Shown here: piece after piece, positions 56,001 to 64,000 of the stretch
How the letters are laid out: every line of letters begins with the position of its first letter
Position numbering within the stretch: position 1 is the stretch's first letter
Assembly: GCA_964057225.1 (NCBI GenBank)
Contig: OZ059899.1
Coordinates: 13,888,001 to 13,952,000, forward strand
Length of the DNA: 64,000 nt
Reading direction: 5' to 3'
Origin: Auanema rhodensis
Lineage: Eukaryota; Animalia; Nematoda
Notes under the pieces: generated by a model
Seen by the model: the letters and a program-made list of their open reading frames with translations, nothing else
What the model was told of the DNA's origin: nothing
The model's database searches: none
Program-made: the position numbers and the translations under genes

Positions 56001-59000
56001 AATTCTACCATTCTTGATTTTGAAACAAGAGTGAAAAACGTTCAAATTCTCAGTGAATGGGCTTCACGATTAGGCCACAATTCTGTACATTTCAAGCTGA
56101 ATTCTATTGCAGCTCATTTTAGTATATACATTCCTAAGATCAAAGCTCAACTCAAAGATTTAAGGTACAACAGGATGCTCTATATTTGTATATACTAATC
56201 ATGCTTCAGAGATCCAGCCGATCAAACACTCCAAGATTATGTGAAAATTGTTAAATACAATGATTTGAACTTGTGGAGTATCAAGGTAGCTTCAACCAAG
56301 GCTCATGCTCATCTTTTCAAAATAATCAGACGTTTTAAGGTTTGATTTTATTTAGATCGTGGTCTTAAACGATAGTTTTAGGAATCGGTTGTACTTGAAG
56401 CTTCAAGTCATTTTGATAAGTTGATCGATTTGCAAACTGATTCACAGAGACCAATCGACGACACATATACTGTATCTGCAGACAGTGATAAATTAGTTCT
56501 AAGAGCCAATACATTGGCTAAAAAAATTACTGAAACAGGTTCGTTATTTGATCTCTAATTTAAATCTATTTTCAAGTATTTTCAGGTGCTCAACTAAGTG
56601 ATTTGACTACTTTCACAGACTTTTCTGAATCTGTAACTTCCTGTGATGAGAATTTGAGAGCAATGATTAATTACGATCAATATGAAGAAGATGAACAGAA
56701 GGTTGCATTCAAAACAGAAATAACATTATCGTTTCTTTCTAGGAAAAAGCCCAAGGATATGCTAGGAACTGCCGCCAAAGAGAAGTTGCTCTAGTTATAA
56801 AGGATGCTCAAAGTCTTGGATTGAATGCACGCAAAGCTGTCACTTTGAATTCTGAAGCTGTATCTCAAAAGTCGATATCCGGCCTTTTCACTAAGGGTGA
56901 TCTTGAAGTAACTATTACCTTATTTAGTTTTTGGGTTAATATTGAGTATTCCAGAACTTTGTCCGTGTGTGCGCTGCTGGAAGAAACGCTTGTATACGCA
57001 TAGCTAATAAACCTAATGACCAACTGGGTGTTGCTACCAGAAAGCATCTTAATGGAGTAATCGGTAAGAAAACATTTGTAATTTTTCCAATTTTTTTCCT
57101 GAATTATATTCTAGAATATGGAATGAACTGGATGTGCTCTTTCTATAACACTATGGAAACGTGGTCTACAAATATGAAGAACTTCCATGTAAATGTGATC
57201 GGTTTGAATAGAGCTAACGAAAATTTAAAGGTAAAACTTCCTATTTGTGTACGTACTGATCACTCTGTCATTGTTTTATAGTCAAAATGGATAATTGATC
57301 ACGAAATGACATTACATTCGATTGAAAACTTGAAAAAAGTAATTGAAGATGCTCATCTCATAATTAATAACTGGAAAGAATGGCTGGATATGACTCCAGA
57401 TGATGAGAACGAATTGAAAGAAGGTAATCAATGTTTATGAGTGATATTTCATAATTCAATACAGATTATATGCACCCTTTGTCATTGCTGCAAAAGGGAG
57501 ATTCCTCATTTGAGGAGTTGAAGAAAAGAGTTTCTCATGCTACCGATCTTGTTAACTCCTTATATCATATAGTTGAATGCATGGTAAAAGACCAGGATAA
57601 GATTATTTTTGCTGAGTATGTTTGACGCTTTCTTGTAGTTGTAGTGTATTTCATTTTACAGAAAAACCTTTATTTCATGGATCGAAACATTTAAACTCAA
57701 CCGAATTGAACTAATAACTTGTTTGGAGCCTTTACAAGGATACTTTGATTCTGACATTACGAAAGTAAAGGATTTATTGCAACAAAGTGAAAAAATTATG
57801 AACGTAAGAATGTATTTAAAATGCTTCTTATCAACTCCAGTTGCAGATAAGTCAAATTGAAGTGGTAAATATCGAAACTAACTATGAGCCTGCACTTCTA
57901 TTTATACAAAGCATGCATAAAAACATAGTTGATGTTGAAAAAGCTGCTGATATCAAGGTTATGGAGAAATTCGATATTATTTACAATGCTATCGCTAACT
58001 CTAATGTAGAAAAGGTTTGAATATAAATGAATTAGAATTAAAAATTAATCTGATGTGTTACAGCTGCTGGAATGGTCTGTTGAATTATTAACCAATATTT
58101 CTGGCGGACAGTATCCGGATAAGCTTAACAGTGTTTATGATGTTGCAAATCTTTGTTCAACTATGATGGAGAGCTTCCAAATAGTTATGCATAACATACT
58201 CTACGAATTTACTAAAGCCTACTATTCAATTGTATCCATGGCCATGCAACTATTAGAAAAGGTATGATTTTTTTATTTTTCCGGGTTATTTTTCAATATT
58301 TTAAGGGATATGTCAATACTATTCCTAAAGATGATAAACAAAAATCTGGTGAGGGTGAGACGGATGAAGCAGGCGAAGGGGGAGGCATGGGAGAAGGAAA
58401 ATCTTCTTCTGATGCTAAAGACGTCACGGACGAAATGGAAGAAACCGGCCAGATTGAAGGCTTGCAAGACGATGAGGAGGAACCACCTTGTGGTGAAGAA
58501 GGAACCAATGAAAAACCAATTGATATGGAAGAAGTGAGGATTTTCATTTTTTTTCTTTTACTATATTGCTATTCCAGGACTTCGCTGAAGATTTACAAGA
58601 TATTGATAAGAATGAAAAGGGAAATGATAACGATGAGGAAGATAATGAAGACGAAGAAGCCGAACCTGAAGATCAAATGGGTGATGTCAGTTTTATTTAT
58701 TTCTGAAAACTTTAAAACTTTTTACATTTAGGTTGAAGAAGCCGACGATAATCAATTAGATCCTAAATTGTGGGATGATGAGAAAGAACAGGATAACAAT
58801 CAGTTAGATCAGGATAATGCAGGTTGGTACTTTTTAAAATTATCTTTTTGAAAAGTGTACTGTTCAGGAGCAGATAATGAAAACAATGAATTGGCTGCGA
58901 AAGAAGACGACCCCATGGCTGGTAATGAAGAGGAACAGGACACAGCAAATGATGAGAACGAACAAAAAGACGATGAGCAAGACGATGATAATGTAGATGA

Positions 59001-61140
59001 TCAAGAAAATGTAGATGAGCGTGATCGAGAAAACGAAGGAAATGAGGAAACCGAAATGCCTCAAGAAGAGTATGTTTTGCCTTTATGTGTTGTGTTATTC
59101 TTTTTTTGTAGTAAACAAAACATGAATGATGACTTCCAAGAGGACTTAGATCTTGATAATAACAATGAAGATGCTGCTGATGAAGCTGATGAAACCGAAA
59201 ATGCAGAGCATATGGATATCGACGATGAAGAAGATGAAGAGCAAAAAGTAAGCATAAGAAGGTTTTCATTCTCTCAATAATCAAAAAAAATCTTAGGATT
59301 CTTTGGATGATGATGCACCCAAAGCTTCGGATGATGAAGAAGAAGCTGAGAGAAATGATCACGTTGAAGCAATGCAGCAAGGTGATGGTGGGGAGAAGCA
59401 AGAAGAAGATAAAGAGCTGGAAGGAAATGGTGCGAATGAAGAAGAAGAAGAAGAGAATAAGAATGAAGATAAGGGTGATGGAAAAAGGTATAATAATTTC
59501 TAGGAATAGAGTCTTATTCGCAGTATTTAGTTCTGATGACACCAAAGGAAAAGATGGTGCTGGCGCAGAAGAGTTAGAAGAAAAGAAAGAAGATGAAGAG
59601 AAGGAAGGAGATGAAGAGGAGGAAAAGGAGGGTGGTGAAAAAGAAAAACAATTAGCCACCGAAGATATGGAAGCTGAAGATGCTCCTGAAGGTGAAGGAG
59701 AAGAACATGAGAAAGGCCAACAAGTTGAAGGAACTCCATCTGGAACTAAAGAGGCATACTCTTTTATCTCATTATTCTTTTTACAATTTTTTCTTCCAGT
59801 CTCTCGGTGCTGGCTCAATCGAAGAGGCTCGAGAATCCAAGAAAAACGAAAATTTAAAAGAAAAACCCAAGATGAAGAAAACTCCGACAGCTGGAGCGGA
59901 AGAGACAATGGATATTCCTGATGAGACTGCTGTGGAAGAAAGCCAATCATCTATTCATCTTGCAGCCACAGATTTATACCAATTGGTAAATCAATAATAG
60001 ATAATCAAACAATCATTAAATTTTTACAGGCTGAAGGATTGAATAAGGATCTTATACTAGAAGAAGTTGAAAAACCAGAGGAATCGACATTGGAAAAGAA
60101 CGATACTACGCTAGAAACAGCAAAACCATTTGCAGAAGCAGAAAAGATGTGGAACGAGATTAGTAGATCTGTTAGTTTATTATCTGCTGAGTTAGCGGAG
60201 AACTTACGATTAATCCTGGAGCCTCAAAGAGCTAACAAGATGCAGTAAGCACAAGCACCTTCTGCTCTGGAATTTTAAATTTTCTCTTTCAGGGGTGACT
60301 ATCGTACTGGAAAACGGTTAAATATGCGGCGACTGATTCCATATATTGCTTCTGATTATCGGAAAGATCGAATTTGGATGAGAAGAACGAAGCGTGCTCA
60401 AAGAGAGTATCAAGTCATGATCGCTGTTGATGATTCTGCTAGTATGAACGAAAATGGAATTCATCAAGTTTGTTCTCTTTGGTTGATCGCAACATTACAT
60501 TTTAAAACTTCAGGTTACATGTGAATCCGTCTGTGCTATTGATGATGCTCTCAGAAGATGTGATGCTGGTGCAGTTTCTGTGATATCTTTTGGTTCAGAT
60601 ATTAAAACAATATGCTCTTTTGGAGATTCAATGATTGCCGGTCCTGAATTCATCCAAAAGGTACGGCTGTTTATGTACTTATCTTGTTTACAAAATATTT
60701 TAGTTGACTTTCGATCAGTCTTCAACTGATTTAATAGGTTTACTGAACCACTCCAGAAGAAAATTAAATGAAGTTCGAACACCCACTAGTGAACAACTGC
60801 TTATCATAGTCTCTGATGGAAGGGGAGCTCTTGCTCAAGGCGCCGATAAGGTAAAAATAAAAAATTCAAACTATAGTGAACATATAATCTTTAGGTCAAA
60901 AAACTAGTGGGTTCACTTCAAGGTGTAACAGTTCTCTTCGTAGTCCTCGATTCGGGTGCCAAATCAATTACCGAGTTATCCGTAGCTTCATTCCAAAGTG
61001 GATCTGTTGTGCTTACACCATATTTACAACTTTTCCCTTTCCCCTTCTATGTGATAATCAAATCCATCCAACAATTACCTTCAGTTCTTTCTGAATCAAT
61101 TAGACAATGGTTTGAAATGACTGTTAATAGCTTTTCTTAG
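44081..61140 (+). CDS. MDN1: Midasin / Rea1 / MDN1, AAA+ ribosome biogenesis ATPase
   Basis: Six AAA modules (GPIGSGKT, GETGVGKT, GETSAGKT, GETGGGKT, GSPGCGKS, GPxNSGK; ILDELNLAP, NPAGTYAGRKRLSRAL), long linker, D/E-rich tail and C-terminal MIDAS domain (GDYRTGKRLNMRRLIPYIAS..IAVDDSASM..IVSDGRG..FPFPFY..RQWFE). About 91 short introns by manual count. Confidence 0.96.
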
Positions 61141-61456
61141 GTAAAATTTTTCTCAAAAACATTGTTATTGTTGTTATTTTGTTGATTTTGTACTTGTTAT
61201 TGCCTATCTGTTAGAAAAAATAATAAGATTTTATTAATTCCCTTCTTCTTCTTTTATCGCTAAAGTCCGCACTCATAGGGAACAGACAAGTGGGCGGAGC
61301 TAGCAATCATCTGACCAAGCGCATGGTCGTAGCATTCTAGCATACTCAAGTCTATTGCTGTTTTCTTCAATTATATATTTGTGTTCTTTTTTTTAAGTTA
61401 AAGTAATACAATACTAAATTATATCGTTTAAAATAATACTTCACTTAATTAAGTGT

Positions 61457-63310
61457 ATGGATACTAATAAAACTAGTCATGGACATGATATTATAACCAC
61501 ACCTGCACGTATTATAGGACATGCTAGCGCTTCAATACCAAGTAAGCTTTTTTTCCCCTTTCTGTAAACTCATGAAATACTTACATTAACAAGTAATCTT
61601 TATAACATTCGTTTGAATTAAGTTTTTTTTTGTTAAGTTGTGTCGGACGGGTTTGGATCCCCTCATACTCTTGCTCAATCCCCCTTAGGTGTCATAACTA
61701 AAACAGACACAAGGATTGCTAAAGGCCATTCCTCACAGTAAGCTAAAAGTGACATAATTTATTTGGTTTCTTCTGTTTTTAGTGCAATCACAGAACGATA
61801 TCTTTGTATAAATTGTAGAAAACGCGATAATTGTATATGTAAGGAGTGTGTAAGACATGAATGTGTGTTTTTATATTATTTTCTTCATTAATATTTATAT
61901 TTTTAGTAAAATTTTATTCTCGAAAAGAGAGTATTGCTCATCAAAAGAAGTTAAAACATACTTTGGATTCGAAAATCACTGAGAAATTTCTGCCTTATGT
62001 GAGCTTATACTCATAATTATCAATCAATAATTTTATTTAAGCATGAAATTCTTAGTGAAATCAATAATGTAACAGCTAATATTGAACAACTTCATCGTCA
62101 AATTGCTTATGTGAAAGAAAGGAAACAAGAGAAAGAAATTCAAATCGAAACAACGCTTGATGAATGTAAAAAATCTACAGAATTGTCAAGAATGTTTGAG
62201 GTTTGTACATTACCTCCTTCTAAAATATTCGTTTCTTTTCAGGGTATTTTTGTAAAACATGAAAAAAAGATAAAAGAATATGAAGCAAATAAGAAATTGA
62301 AACGGTTAAAGCTTGACAAACGCCTGAATGAGGTAAGTATTCTTTGAAACTTTACCAAAAATGAAAGAAAGTTTAGATTTGGGTAGATCAAGTTAAGAAA
62401 TCCTTGTTTGTATTGAATTTGTTCCGAATTAAACAACTACTTGCGGAGCCTGTTACGGTTGAATCACCAAATAATGAGTATTTGCATTATTTCTTTAAAA
62501 TTTTCAATTTTTTGTATATTATAGTCATTGGATGATGGTAAATGGAGTACTTACACCTGAAAAGGGAATGATATATAAGGTTCTTTTTTTATTTCTTTGA
62601 TTATACTAATATGCAATCTATATAGATCGGAGAAGCTAAAATGCATGAAGCTTCACAAGAAAAGCTGGCTGCGTGTTCATCTACGATCAATCTACCTTTT
62701 GAGCTTCGGTTACCTTTTGCAGCTTTATTGCATACTGTACAAGTTTTAAGCATGCTAACGATGCTCTACGAGTTCAGCTTGCCCAACCATGTAAGTGACT
62801 ATCTTAATCTCTCTTATTCTATATTCTTAATTTCTTTGTTTTTTAGATATCATATCGTGAAATTGCTATCCGTGATATGACTAGTAAGGAAGACTTTCAT
62901 AATGATTGGTAAGTTCAAGCTTGATAACTAACTTTAAAGCTGTAATTACAGGAATACCATATGCGAATTGAGCATGTGTCTAGGTTTACATATTGGGCTT
63001 TCTTATGAAAAAGTAAATTATAATGATCCTCTTTCAAATCTGCTTGAAATTGGTAAAATGCTTTACCAAAGCCGTGTTAGACATCCGGTATGTTTTTAGC
63101 TTTCTCAATCTCCAACCTAAAAGTCTTAATGCTTTTAGCCAAATGGTCAGAATAAAAATCATCACTATAGAACTAGAACAACATTATCAAAATTGCACAA
63201 AAGAGAACAGGAAATGGTTTGAGCTCATGTTTTTAAACAATTTCTTTGTTTTTTTTCAGAAAGACTGGGATGTTTTAGACATATCTGAAGTTCAAGAAGA
63301 TACTAATTAG
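61457..63310 (+). CDS. epg-8: ATG14/Barkor-like PI3K complex I subunit (probable EPG-8 ortholog)
   Basis: N-terminal CINC-x7-CKEC cysteine pair, long coiled coil, segment PFAALLHTVQVLSMLTMLYEFSLPNH..DPLSNLLEI resembling ATG14 (SAALCYATQLVNILSHILDVNLP..HTLRNL), and C-terminal DWDVL LIR-like motif. The epg-8 symbol is inferred. Confidence 0.6.
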
Positions 63311-63523
63311 TATGAAATGAGCTATTACATTGTAAATTAATTTGTAAATAATGAAATTATGTTTGCTCTACAATAAGAAAAAACAAGAATTATGAGATGT
63401 TGTAAGAGGGTTATGAATCAATTTTTTGAACGTAGATCCTCCAAAGTTGCTAATCATCAATAAGATTTATCATAACATTGATAAAGTAAAAACAAATATA
63501 CACAAAGAAGAAAGTAAGTTTAG

Positions 63524-64000
63524 TTATCTTTTTCTCCGGTCATCATCTTTCCTTCTTCTGTCGTCACGATCGCTTCTTCTGTCATCTTTTCCACCTCTTC
63601 TGTCTTCTCGGTCACGCCTATCATCGCGATCACCTCTTCTTTCATCACCTCGTTCATGCCTTCTATCATCTCTATCTCTGATTTCATGCCTTCGGTCGTC
63701 CCTCTCATGCCTTCTGTCATTCCGTTCATTTTTTCGATCATCTCGTCCTCTTCTATCATCACGTTCACTTCTGTGGTCTCCTTTTCGGTCCCCACGTCGA
63801 TCGTCTCTTCTATAATCATCCCGGCCTCCTCTTCTGTCATCACGTTCATACTTTCGTTCTACATGTCCATCACGACTATCATGGTTGTCTTTTCGCCTAA
63901 ACATTGAAGATGAGTTTTTACTTCTGAAAGAGTAGTAACCTGTGCTTGCGCTCAGGGCTTTGACTTCTTTCAAAATTTCGATTATCGCGTTTGATGGGTG
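63524..64000 (-). CDS. 3' end of gene with Arg/Asp (RD) low-complexity tail, probably a splicing/RNA-binding factor; truncated by window edge
   Basis: ..RNFERSQSPERKHR|RKDNHDSRDGHVERKYERDDRRGGRDDYRRDDRR..DDRRKR*, with an intron at about 63897-63939; stop at 63524. Confidence 0.75.
   Translation of the reverse strand, partial: HPSNAIIEILKEVKALSASTGYYSFRSKNSSSMFRRKDNHDSRDGHVERKYERDDRRGGRDDYRRDDRRGDRKGDHRSERDDRRGRDDRKNERNDRRHERDDRRHEIRDRDDRRHERGDERRGDRDDRRDREDRRGGKDDRRSDRDDRRRKDDDRRKR

Noticed and set aside
58763-59950. 395-aa minus-strand ORF
   Set aside because: Antisense shadow of the GAA/GAT-rich midasin acidic tail.
63426-63907. Ser/Leu/Arg-rich plus-strand ORFs and the second minus-strand frame
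   Set aside because: Shadows of the RD-repeat coding exon.

Overview
Eukaryotic, AT-rich, microsatellite-rich DNA from a rhabditid (clade V-like) nematode with very short introns (mostly about 40-55 nt). The species cannot be named from sequence alone. All gene models were spliced by eye, so individual junctions are provisional. Left to right: a cuticle-collagen-derived gene that has lost most of its Gly-X-Y glycines but keeps an open frame (+, about 575-1408); bbs-1 (-, 1643-4528) with a perfect X-box; a Pmp3/UPF0057 small membrane protein (-, 4959-5264); a secreted tyrosinase with four ShK domains, tyr-4-like (+, 9638-13570); a roughly 25 kb gene-poor, CT-skewed region; the furin-like convertase kpc-1 (+, 38475-42037) with a strongly base-paired 3'UTR; dynactin p22/24 dnc-3 (-); midasin/Rea1 (+, 44081-61140, about 91 introns); an ATG14/EPG-8-like gene (+); and the RD-rich 3' end of a minus-strand gene. 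No rRNA, credible tRNA, CRISPR or autonomous transposon was seen. The most interesting signals are (1) the de-glycinated collagen, (2) a polarised composite DNA module (CAACCGYTCA followed by CACGT/ATTTGCAT elements) recurring every few kb in AT-rich valleys and in the long introns, (3) frequent AAG 3' splice sites, and (4) the kpc-1 3'UTR stem-loop.
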